A stretch of DNA of 64,000 nucleotides, from the NCBI RefSeq assembly GCF_009914755.1, contig NC_060928.1; one strand, 5' to 3'. The notes below the pieces were generated by a model that was not told where the DNA came from, did not search any database, and saw only the letters and a list, made by a program, of their open reading frames with translations. The DNA comes from the human T2T-CHM13v2.0 reference genome, Homo sapiens. Shown here in pieces: positions 1 through 12,500 of this stretch. The translations under genes and the position numbers were made by a program. How positions within the stretch are numbered: position 1 is the first letter of the stretch; every line of letters begins with the position of its first letter.

Positions 1-540
1 TACGTAGTATCAGGCATGTCCTAACCAAATGTTCTCACTCCCAACCCAGCATAGGTCCCTGCTTTTTCATACAGTTAGATAGACCATCATATATACACAA
101 TGTAAACAGCCATTTTCTTTTCTCTGTCAACCAATTTCACCTCTATACTTAATGACAGAAATTAGTACAGAAGAATGAAGTTTTACAGACTATTAAAGAC
201 ACCTACATGCTGTTTGGGAAGTATCTACTGAAAGCATTACACAATTTCTTGTTTTGTATAATGTATGAGGTTTTTCTCTCTATAAGTCAGGTGTGTCCAC
301 AAAAAGTAAGTTTGGCAATTGTTTCAGACTTTAGCCCAGAAAAACTAAACAGAGAGTCACATGAATGTTTCCCTAAAAAATCAACTCCAAAACATGAAAA
401 TGATATAAACCCTAAAAATATGAACTCTAAACACATTGGACACGATATATAGTTCTGCTAATTTAATCAATAGAAAATATCTACCAGGAACATTTGCTAT
501 AATAACATTAATAAACACTTTGCTGTTACCCAGTTCTCAT

Positions 541-909
541 TGATATGGACTGAATTGAGTTCCCTAACCCTCCCAAATTCATCTTGAAGTTCTAATCCTC
601 GGTGACTCCAAATGGGACTGCATTTGGAAATAGGGTCTTTAAGGAGGTAAATAAGGTTAAATGAGTTCATTAGGATGGGCCCTAATCCAATATGACTGGT
701 ATCTGTATAAGAAGAGATTGGGACACAGATACACTGAGGAAAAACCTGAAGATGACCATCTGCAAGCCACAAAGAGAGGCCTTAGAAGAAACCAACACTG
801 TCTACACTTTGATTTTGGAATTCTAGCCTCCAAAATTGTGACAAATTTTTGTTGTTTAAGTCATCCAGTCTGTGGTACTTTGTTAAGGGAATCCTAGCAA
901 ACTAATACA
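541..909 (+). mobile_element. MaLR solo LTR (MLT1A/B-like)
   Basis: TG...CA ends; motifs GGGCCCTAATCCAATATGACTGGT and TGTTGTTTAAG...ACTAATACA; flanks CTCAT/CTCCT (5-bp TSD, 1 mismatch). Confidence 0.85.
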
Positions 910-1194
910 CTCCTGTAGACTAAACATTCTGATTTGGGAAAGGAAGAACCCATTTACCATAGATTAATTCCACAGTTAAATGTGATTTACTAATGTTGTC
1001 CTACCTGCATCTGAAAGAAAACAAATAACAGAGAAAATGGTGCAGTCAGCCAGTCTTCCACTTCTCTTGAAACTAAATATCATATAACAGTGCTTACATT
1101 AAAATTAAATCTAACAAATCAGTTACTTTTTCATTTAATAAAAATAAGGAGATATTTCATTTTGGCTTGGAAACAAAATATTTTTTACCAATAA

Positions 1195-1330
1195 AAGTGC
1201 GAGTTCCAAGAGGCAGATGTTTAGTGTGTCTTTTTGCCACTTAATCCTCAGCACCTAGAACCATTCCAGACATTGTCAATGCTTAGGCAGTAGTTGATGA
1301 ATGTTTAAAGAATCAATGAATAAAAAATAC
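1195..1330 (+). mobile_element. L2 3' end fragment
   Basis: CCTCAGCACCTAGAACC...TTGATGAATG tail typical of L2 termini. Confidence 0.55.
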
Positions 1331-1749
1331 CAGTAGTTTCTGGTTATTACTGACAAGATGGCAGACTAGCACAAGATGGGTGAATACTGGGGAGGCAGTA
1401 TTTACCCTTAGGACAAAAGATAGAGGGAGCTATAGATTTGAGGAATTAAATCTATCAACGCAATCTATCCATCATTATAAGAAGTCTGGGAAACATCCTT
1501 GTGGGATGATGACACCCTGTGGCCAAGAGTGGCCAGGCACAGCATCAGAGGATAATTTGGGGAGGGACCCAGCTAGTGCATCTCCTGGACATTGTCTTGC
1601 AAGAGTCATTGTCTGTACCATACCATTTGCCAGACAGAAACCAGCAGTCACAACATATCTATATCAAAGATATGTAACCAAAGGCAATAAAAATTAGCGA
1701 TAAATAACAAGAGGAATTTGAAAAAAAAGTGTCTAGAAACCAAGTAAAA

Positions 1750-3650
1750 GACTACTAGATAATGTATACTAAAAAGGAAAGAAAAATTATAAGAGAATTT
1801 AAGCTGAATAATACATGTCAAAATGTATGATACATTTGTAAGGTACCATGTAAAAGGAAAGTTATTTTAAGTAGGTCCATCAAGAAAGAAAAAGGGTTAG
1901 AAAAAAATCGAGCCAATCATTAAGCTCTAAAAAGGCCACAGAGGAAACCCAGTGAAACAGAGGAAGAAAATAATCAAGAAGCTAGTAAAAACCAATAGAA
2001 ATCAAACCCACCAAAAAAAATTAGGAAAAATTAAAAAAACTAGAAGCTTTAAGGAAGTTGATAGATGAATAGACTCTGACAAACTAATCCAAAATGAGTG
2101 AACAAAATTCAGAGTAAGAATGACATTATAAGAACAAGAGAGGAAGAGAATAGAGGAGGATGGGAGAGAAAAAGAGAAAGAGAGAGATAATAGAAATAAC
2201 CAAAAAACAGAAGTTGACAGAGAAATAACTGTTGACACATAAAGAGATTAAAATGATAAAACAATATTATGAGTACCCATTTGGTACTGAAATTGAAAAC
2301 CTAGACAAAAGATGTTATTTCTGGAAAAATATAAAAATTTCAAATTGGTATAAAAGGAAATTAAAAACGAATATATTTATAAGTATTAAAGAACTTGAAA
2401 AGGCAAGTCTCTTCCTCCCCCAAATTCCCTAGCCGTATTGATTTTTAGTTGCATTCCACTTAACCATCATGAAACAAATAATTCATACCTTTTAAGTAAA
2501 AACAGAAAAAGAAACAAATCTAGTTTCCATCTAGCATTATATTCATTCCAAAATTAGGTAAAGATAGTAAAAAAATTATAAGCCTATTCAATTATGAATA
2601 TATGTGCAAATTCCAAAATGAGATATTAGCCAAATGAAAAACTGTATTAAAATATGATAAAGTAAGATTTATCCAGATTTATAAAGATGATTTTAGTACA
2701 AAAATGCACCAATTCACTATACTAGTAGACTAACAAAGAGAAAGCATATAATTATTTCAAGAGAGAGAGGAAAATAAATTGAATATACATTTTAAAACTT
2801 ATTTATGATTACAAAAGAAGTGCATTCCTAGAAAACTAGAAATAGAAGAGAATATCCTAAACTTGGTGATGGTTATGAACCAAATACCTAAAGTAAACAT
2901 TATGCTTAAATATTACATTTAAGGGAAAACCTTTACACACTGTCCTTTTACAGTAAAATTATATACAATTTTACATATAATTCATATAAAATACCGAATT
3001 TCAGGGGAATCACAAAATTATAAGAAGTCTAAGAACTGCAATATTAGATATGCTTTGAGTATTACTATAAATCCTAGCAAGTTCTATAAAGAAAAAAGAA
3101 AGAAAAAGTGTAAATATTAGAAGGGAAAGAATAAAACTACAATGTAGATAACACAATGGTCTAAAATAGAAAAAAATGGAATTAACAGGCAAACTATTGA
3201 AACTAACAAAAGACTGATGAAAGATCAATTTATAAAACTCATGAAGATCTCTCTGCACCAGAAATAACCAAATAACCATCTACAGAATATAATCAGTAAT
3301 AAAATACTTTTCATACTAGAATAAGAAACCTGCAAAGACTTAAGAAAGAATGCACAAAACCACACTAATAAAAATAGTATATAATATTAACAAAAAATAG
3401 ACAAAATGAAACAAAGTAGAGAGACTCAGAAATTCTCCAAAGCATTCAAGAGAACTTAACATACGAGTAAGTTTATATCACAAGTCAAAGTGATGAGTAA
3501 TGTCACAGCATACATTAAATAGACAAAAATAGTTTAGTAGATAGAAAAAATAAAATAACACTGGATTTCCACCTTTTAATACCACATACAAGAGTATTCC
3601 AAATGATTAGACCTTAATATGAAAAATAAAACTATGAAGTTAATAAACGT
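1750..3650 (+). mobile_element. Old degenerate L1 (L1M) ORF2 region
   Basis: A-rich strand with decayed ORF2 motifs (AAAACAATATTATGA, GAAAACCTAGA, AAAACTAGAAATAGAAG, CAATGTAGATAACACAAT). Confidence 0.7.
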
Positions 3651-4079
3651 ACAATGTTTCCCTTGTCATTTTTGACATCTTATGATAGCAGTGGAGGCCT
3701 AATTAATACTTTGAAAAGTAAAATAGGCCTAGGGGATTGGGTTGGGTAATAATGAAATCACAATTCAGAGACAGACCAGAGCACATGAAACATGATGGAA
3801 ATTAGTTTGTCCAAACAAGTATAAAAGAAATTCATTCTATCATAATTTTTTTTAATATAAATACAAAATTTGATGAAAACATTTTTTAAATGTTACATTT
3901 AAGTATACATGTTTGAATTTAAGATAAATTATAAATGGAATTTTCAAAAGGTTATGTACAGCAAAAAATATGTACCTCAAGACTTATTTTACTTTCAGTG
4001 TAGCTTCATTTATGATAAGAAGTGATGACCTCTATAGAAAACAATTTCATTTTGACCACTAATGCCTTCATGGGGAAAA

Positions 4080-4215
4080 GAGAAGTGGCGTAGAAGTCAG
4101 GAGCCTAATTTTGCCTCCAGTCAATTAATAATTAAGACTCTGATCAAGTCACTTACCCACTCTGGGCTTCATTTTCCTCACACATGAGTGAGGAAATTAA
4201 TCAAAGTACTGATTA
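4080..4215 (+). mobile_element. MIR fragment
   Basis: CAAGTCACTTACCCACTCTGGGCTTCATTTTCCTCA core. Confidence 0.6.
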
Positions 4216-4419
4216 GTGTTATCAATATTTTTGGGATTAGAGCTCCCTTTTAGCTCCCTCCTTCTCTCCCAAAAGTGTGCACAAGATTATACACATAAAA
4301 TTGTAAAACAAATGTCAGAGTATCCACAGACCTCCAAAAGGTCCCTGTACCTCAGATTAAATACTTCTAAACTAGAAAACACATATAATTCCCTTCAACT
4401 CTAAAAGGAAAACAAATAG

Positions 4420-6230
4420 AGGAATGTGTCAAAGCAGATTAACAAATTTTTGGTTTGTGTATCAGAAGGCACAGAATGGTCACTTAAAGACCACACTGAA
4501 ATATAAGCAGATGTTGTCAAATGACAGAGAAGGAGGGAGATTAAAAATTTTGGGCTTAATTTAGACATATTAAACCAAACACACCACTTACATATTAACA
4601 TGGAAATTTCTAGTAGGGTCTGTGTATACCAGTAGGTATGGCACCCAAAGGAGAAGTCCATGCTATCGATACAAATTTGGGAGTCATCTTCCCATAAATC
4701 ATCATTGCATCATGGTGATGAGATCTCTGGGTGGCATGGAGATGGTGAGAAGGGAGACAGAGAAGAACTAAAGTAACTCCAGTATCTAAATGGTAGGTAG
4801 AGAATTATGAACCTACAAAGGAAACAAAAGGAAGAGCCAAAGCGATAAGCAGTGTTGTGTCATAAAATCAAGGACCCTAAAAGCATCCCTTCTGGAAAGA
4901 TTTAAAAAAAAAGCTACTCTTTCCTCTGCCTGACATTGGTCCACGCTTTTGTACAAGTATTGGACAAGGGCTCACACATTAGATTTTATTTCCTAATTTA
5001 GGCACAAGCTGAACAGCCATATGCAACAACCCTGCACAGAAGCAAAAAGGAGGTGTGTTTCAAGTCACAGTAGTCATCAGTGTCAAATGCTGATAAGATG
5101 TGGAAATAAGCAAGGAAAGAAGTACCTACTGGATTTAAGGGCATAGATAGAAAATAGTGGAGACCACTGAAGGGCCTGTTTTGGAGGCATGCTGAGGACA
5201 ACAAGCCAAATTGGCATGTGCTGAGATGTGAGAATCAACAGAAAACAAAAAATGAAACACTGGCATAAAAATATACACCATTCAATAAGTTCAGCTGGGT
5301 AGGTTGATAGTTGGTTAAACATAAGGAATAACTTTGTGGCCATGTCATTATTGTTTTTAATTAAAGGAACTCTGGCAAGTTTAAAAAGTAATGGGAAATG
5401 TATAATTGAGAGGGAGAGATGTTGAATGTCCAAAAATAAAAGGAATAATCATTAATATAATATTCCTAGCAAGACTGCAGGTAATAGAGCCCAGAGCATG
5501 GAATGGAATAACTGTCCTAGGATAGAAGGGATAGTTCCTCTACTATTAGAACAGAAGGGACGGCAGATAAGATGGGTTCAGTGTGGACAGGTTTATATCC
5601 CTGGCAGCAGGAAAATGAAGGAGCAGGAAGATTAATAAATTGCAATGGCTTTCCTTTCCTCTGTCAAGAAAAAGACAAAGACATTTATTGAGACTGATAG
5701 TCAGGAATGGGTGATGTAACTGGGGGGTTTAAAAAAAAACACAAAAAATAAAGTTATACTAAGAATGTACTGTTAAAATTAGAAGTCTTAGCAGAGAATC
5801 AAAGGAGAACTGTCAGCCAGTACTAAAGGTCTATTGAAAGCTGTCTTCATGGATATTCAGTAGAAATAAACTGCTCTGTTGGGTGACTTCCTCAAATGGT
5901 TCTAGGCTGGTTGGTTACAGCAGGGAAAAGTTGCTAAATGGTCCCCATTAGAGTTGGGGTCAGAAGAAGAACTGGAAAAAAGAAAAAAGACAGAGGAGCA
6001 AGAGTGTTCAGGGTATTTCCAGGAGTGTCACTGCAGTTATAAAACTGTAATCTAAACTAAATAACAAGGGCAGTGAACAAAAGACAGATGGATTGAAAGA
6101 AAGTATGTATTGAAAGAAAGTTATATTAGAGTAATTACACAAGTTGGAAAGGGAGTATGTTATGGCCCATGAAATTCTGAACTAATAGTTCTAGAGGTGA
6201 AGCAAATATGTGTACATAGCATATGGCCTA
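4420..6230 (-). mobile_element. L2 fragments (reverse)
   Basis: Purine-rich decayed L2 motifs (AAATTTGGGAGTCATC, GTGTCAAATGCTG, TTGAGAGGGAGAGATTG-like). Confidence 0.55.
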
Positions 6231-8329
6231 TCTTTGTTGTCCTGAATTAGTGACCAGAAAAATATGTGGAGCCAAATGGTGCTCCATCACCAACCTTTTT
6301 GTCTCCCCTTGGTGATCCTTCTACCTAGAATGTTTATTGGTAACCCTCCTTCCATGAGGGCATGTTTTGAAGACAACAGTTGTAAAAATTCTCATGGATT
6401 TGGCTATGACCTTAATATCCAACGTAATATAATAAACCAGACTCACTATTTCCCTCCTGCTCCTAAATCAGTTTTTCCTCTCAACTTCTATATTTCAGTA
6501 AGCTCCCTTAGGCACTAACCACTGAAGCATTAGACTCACCTTTTACTCCACCTCCCCACCTCCCTTGCACTCAGTAATCACCAGTCTATAAGCCCTGATG
6601 GTTATTTCTCTTTCTTTTTTTTTTCTTGTCATCCATTGCAGACTCTACGATTAATTACACAGAATATTTAGGAGAACCTATGAACTTATTAGAAGTAAAA
6701 AATGAATACAAAATCATTATATAAAAACAAACTGTACTTCAATAACCAAATTTTTAAAATATAACTTACAATAGCAATAAAAACTTTACGATACGTAAGA
6801 ATAGGTATTAAGCAACCACTGACAAAGTTAATCCCCCTTAATTTTTAAAATTTGTTTTAGTTTCTTTTAAATTAATAAACTATTTTAGAGCAGTTCACAG
6901 CAAAACTGAATAGAAAGTAGAGAAAGTTCTGATACACCCCCATTCTCACAAAAGCACAATAATTATTTCTTCAGTTTCTCTCCTATCCACCCCTTTTCCC
7001 AAAGGCCTTTCTTGTTACAATCCACTCCCTTCATGTCTTCTCTTGTCTCAGTATCTTTAATATTTGCTATTATCTTCGGGATAAAGATCTTACTTATTTT
7101 GTTTCCCCACCTATATTGTAAATCCCCTAAGCTAAGGATGATATCTATGATACAAACATTTTGATACCCTTCTTTGAAGAGTTTAGCCTATAATGATTAC
7201 CCAGTCAAAATATGTGAATTTGATACAGTCACTAGAATCTGGCAATGCTGAGCTTCATAAAAAAATTTAATTTTAAAAACAACAACAACAAAAAAAACCT
7301 TACTCTATGTCTTCCAAAGAATATTCTAGTCTCCTGTATCCAATTCTTATCAGGGTATCTTTTGACAGATATACTCAGGTGACCAGAAATACATGGCATT
7401 TTTCAGCCATTCCTCTAAGATGGTCTTTTGGATTTTCTTAACAAAACTGGGATTTGTGACCCTAGCATTTTTCAGACTGATGTTTCCTCCACATTACTGT
7501 ATTGATTCTGTTAAATGATTTGTAATTTTTTATTATTTGTTCCATGACACCTTGACAGTTTGGCTGTTGGTCAAAAAAGTGGCTAAAAGTTGAGAGCTTG
7601 AACATCTGTAATCTCTGGAATATAAGAGCATGGGCTTCCCTAGACAAAATTATGAAATACGGTACATGAGATTTGATTTTCACAAAGCTCTGCTTTTACG
7701 TGTTCTTCTCAAATTCCTTTCCCCCTATATCTAACTCAGGTTAAAATGTCTTTATGTCCTTTCTCTCTTTTATCCTTATTAAAACATTTTATTGGAGCCA
7801 GTATTTTATTCCTATATCTACAATCTACTATATAGAAATAGATATTATTTATTAGCTCTTATTTTTTAATAATTACAATTTATTTTAATTATAAAATAAA
7901 AAGCTGCAACTAAAAGATTTGTAAAAAAAATTATTTATATCCAGTATCCTACAACATAGATATAATTAAGTGCATTTCCTTCCATGTTTTTTAATGAATG
8001 GATATTTATTTGCTTCTTTCTAAATATGGTTAATAGCATTCTATACATACAGATCTCTGTCCTCTTTTCACTTAATAGTTTAGCAAAACCATAATCTTTT
8101 TCAGAATCCTCTTGTTTATATTAGACGTGTTCTAAAACAATATGGGAAGTGTCTTAGAGAATAGCCCAAGCACTATTCCCCAGAGATCTGAATTCAGTAG
8201 GGAACAAATGCTCAATTTTTACCAGCATCCCAGGTGATACTACTACAGGTACCTCAGACTAATACAGCTTTATTTATTTCTTTACCCATCCTGGAAGAAG
8301 CAATTGGTTGCATTAACTACGCTTTTATC

Positions 8330-9960
8330 AGCATTAACTAGCTCTGATCTGTTCTTCATAACACCCACACTAAGAATCCACAAATGAGGTCAATCCCCTT
8401 ATCTTCCCTCTCTATTTATGTAACCACACCAGACTACCTCCAGTTCTGCAATTTGTTACCATTGCAAGTTTATAATTTTCTTTCATTATCTCTAAAATCA
8501 CTAATAAACTCCTAAGTGGCAAATCTAATTGATATTTTTAGTCTTAATCTACAATCAACTCTCTGGAGCATTTGTATTGTTAAGTACACATTCTTTGCAC
8601 TTAAAACTTGTTTCGCCCATAGCTTCCATAACCACTCTTCTCTTCTGTTACTTCTAATGTCTGACTGGCCCTTGTCAATATCATTTCCAGGCTCCTCTTT
8701 ATCACCATTCAAGAACCTCAGCACAGTTATCTTTCTCTCCAAATTCACTGATTATTTATCTGACCTCCAGAGCTTGCATATGGAACATTTCCACCTGAAA
8801 CTTACACAGATACCTTAAATTTTAATGGATCTAAAATTGACTTTATTATTTTCTCCTTAGGGACAGAAGCAGGGACTCACTCATCCAGTATATCCTCTCT
8901 AAGATAAAGCCATCACCAACTCTGGAGTCATTACCTATATCTTTTTCTCAGTCTTCTCCACATCCAATAGATCACAAAGTCTGACCTAAGACATAGGAGC
9001 AGATGATCTAATCAGACTCCCATGAATTGGAGATAAGAGTATAAACTTTCACTAATAATTTCAAAAGTGCAGGACTAGATGAAACAAAGAAAGGTCTGGG
9101 ACATCCCACTTGGTTTCCCAGTTTCTTCTGTCCCACATGGGACCCAGAATGACTGATGAGAAATTCAAGGAAGGTTTTATGGAGCTCTTCACAGATGGGA
9201 GTATATAAGTCTGCATTTTACACTCCCAAAGAAAAATGAATAGTTTATATGATATTCTCCAGTGAGCCATACCCCATAGATTCTGTACTTATTTACTACA
9301 AGACATCTGATAAAGGCCTTCACTAGATACAGTCTCTTCCTCCTAGAAATATCATTCATCTTTTACTTGGCCAGCCAGTTGACATGGAGATTAGACTGGG
9401 TCACCTATTTCCTTATTTTTTCCACCAAGACATACCCCTGGTAAAAGAAATGAATCAATCACAGGCCAGCTGCCAGTTGTCTGACTTCCTTCCTCCCAAA
9501 GTTCATTTGATTATACCACCTATATAGCACTAGAATTTGTCCCTTACTCCCTATCTCCACTAATGTTCATCTGACTCATCCCTAGCCTCAATGTTTTCAA
9601 TACCCACCAACTATCCAAACACATTTAGTTTCCCCAATTCTATGTGCAGTCTGCTGCCACAGTTGCTTTTTGAAAATGCACATTCTGATATAAAATCCTT
9701 TTCCTGATATTGAATGTGCTACATCATATTTCCTTTGCCTACATTTCCAGATTTTTCTTCCAACACTTCCCCTGATATCCAGCCAAATCAAACTATTCCC
9801 CGAACATGCCATTTTTGCATGAACTAGCAAAGCTCCCAAGCTCTCTTACATGAATGCCCACATTTCTGTCAATAATTTGCAATGTCACCTTTTCTCTAAT
9901 GCCTTCCCTGAACTCTCCATTCAGTTCAAGGCAATTACCTCCTTCTCTATTTCACCATAA
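8330..9960 (+). mobile_element. L2 fragments (RT/3' region), preceded by a MER5-like piece at about 8150-8260
   Basis: CT-rich strand with AAAATCACTAATAAACTCCTAAGTGGCAAATC...GCATTTG and AATGTCACCTTTTCT...GCCTTCCCTGA. Confidence 0.6.
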
Positions 9961-9984
9961 CTGTCTATAAATAACAAGTAAAAT

Positions 9985-10230
9985 AGTTAACTTTAGTGAG
10001 CCTTGACTTTGCAAAAGGTACCATGCCAAGTGCTTTCTATGCGTCATATCATTTAATCCTTGGGGCAACTCTCTGAAATATGTACTATTATTCTGATAAT
10101 TTTACAAAAGGGAAACCAAAGTACAGAGTAAATAAATGACTTAGCCAAAGTCACACAGTTATTAACTAAAGGAAATAGGGTATAAATGCAGCCCTGGTTT
10201 ACTCGAGAACACTCCTAAACCCAGTCATAA
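9985..10230 (-). mobile_element. MIR
   Basis: CATTTAATCCT...TTTTACAAAAGGGAAACCAAAG...AAAGTCACACAG. Confidence 0.65.
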
Positions 10231-11599
10231 GATGTCTATACTCACCCATCACACAGCTTCCCTACTTAAATCAATAAATATTTGCTAAGTGACAACTTGC
10301 TGCCAGACATAGTGTGAGGCTTTAATGAGCATGGAGAGCAAGTTGAACAAAAAAAGAAAGCACTGTCTCTAACTGAAGAAATCATCAGTTTTAAAAGCCT
10401 ACCTAACATACCATCTTTCAATACTTCACACAAGAAATAGTACTGTCAGACACAGTGCAAGACTTTACTCCATAGGGAAAAGAGACCAGATCTAGTGTGA
10501 AATTATCGCCCTTAACTCGACTGGCCAGAATGCCCACTTCAGGATTAACAAGGAATTTCTCTGAGGAGTTTGAAGTCACCTAGTAATTGCTGTCATTCAT
10601 GGGATTTTGTGGGATTATTTATTACAATTTACAGGCATTATCACTGTCCATAATTGTACTCTATCTACCCTATATCTTGCACTTCACTGATTTAAGTTCA
10701 TACTCCAATGACAGGAGAAAGTTATTCACCTGGCAAATAGCTTGCATAGAACTTTCAACTTGTATCTTACCTAAATTATGAAGAGTAGAATAGCTTCTAA
10801 TCTACTTTCTTCCTTGTTTTTTACTTCGAAGCAATTTATGGGCTCTTTTCACTACTGATTCAATTCATATAGTACAATTCAACTGAGATGCTAAAAACAC
10901 CTAGCAAGTGTCTTCTCTTTTATGCTCACATCATTCCTCAAATGGGAGATGGGGAAATAACCTCAAGGAATTTAAGTGATTTTCATGAAATTAATAACTA
11001 TAAAGTGGCAAAAACAAAAGGTAAGCCAAGATCTCTGATTTTCTCTAATCCTTGCCAGAATCCTCATGCTCTTTATCACAACTACAATTGTCTAACAATT
11101 TAACAGATATTCTTTTATTCTAGACTCTAATATGACCATTTCAAAATTATACACTTCAACAATATAAATATTCTCCAGGTATTTTTTATTATCCAAACTG
11201 AAATCCTACTTCTTGTACTTTTCCGAATTGATAACTTGCAAGTAAGCACTGAAAATTATGAGATTAAAATTACCAGTCTCATTTCTATGACATACACATT
11301 AATATGTAAAGAAATGCCATAAGGGGAGTTATGCAACGATGTTTTTGCAGAAATGAAATGTGTATGAATATGAATACAGTTGTAGGTATTTCAATAAAAA
11401 TTACAAGCCTATCAGATATTCTTTCCAAATTCAAATGAAGCACCAGGTGTGCAGGATATGGCAGATGTGCCTGCTGTATACTAGCATGAGGAGGCTAGGT
11501 GGCTACAAACCAAATTTCCTGATCCCATTGAGATGGGCTTCTATAGGTGATCGGTTGTCCTCCCACTGTGAAAACTGGCTATGAATAAGAAATACTTAA

Positions 11600-12500
11600 G
11601 CATTTGCCCTGCCTTTCCTCTGTGAACAATATTTTAAGCAGTTCTTCAGGGAAAGTTCTTCCAGCTAATAAATATGGAAAACACAAATTAGAAAACCACA
11701 GTTTTGTATCCCTTATGGTAATACTTGAATCAGGCAATTGTATTCAATCATACAACTATCAAATAAATGTTTGATGCGAAGTTACAATGGAGGGATTTGA
11801 CTGACACCACTCACATCAACTGATTAGTGGGGCAAATTGGCACAGAATCACCTATAAATAGTCTTGCCTAAAAACAAAAGAGTCTTGCCTAAAAACAAAA
11901 GAAGTTGAATATAGTCATGGTCGAGTCAATGTCCACTTACACAAAATATTGGTACAGAAGAACAATTTAAATGATACTACAAGAAAGCAAGCAGCCATAT
12001 ATTCAGAACAGGGGACATTAATCAGCTCAACAAGACCTCCTTCTGTAAACAAATTGATGGCATTACATGTAAAGAGAAACAGAGATGGATGGAGTGAGAG
12101 TCAAAGAAGAGAGACTATCTTATATTAACAGAAAAAAAGACATAAAAATAAGATTTATAGTCCTGAGCTTTATTTTTAAAAAGGCTATATTTTTGAGACA
12201 AACTTAGAAATATGATTATGAATGATGTATCAGATATTGACAAGAAATATTATTTATCTTGTTAGGGTTGATAATGGAATAGTGGTTATGTTTTTAAATA
12301 TGCATTTTTAGATACTAAAGTATGTAGGGGTGAAATAATATTTGGGGTTTGCTTTAAAGTTCTTCAGCAAAAAAGAAACAGACATGAAGTGATGCTTTGG
12401 TTATTGTTGAAATTAGGAGGTGCATATGTGGGAGTTTTTAATAAACAATTCTTTTTCCTTGATGTTTAAATTTTCATACTAGAAACTTTAAAAAAAATGA
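11600..12500 (+). mobile_element. Old L1 (L1ME-like) 3' region
   Basis: GATAATGGAATAGTGGTTATG, TACTAAAGTATGTAGGGGTGAAA, ATTGTTGAAATTAGG and an A-rich end. Confidence 0.55.
11860..11901 (+). repeat. Perfect 21-bp tandem duplication
   Basis: AGTCTTGCCTAAAAACAAAAG x2. Confidence 0.95.
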
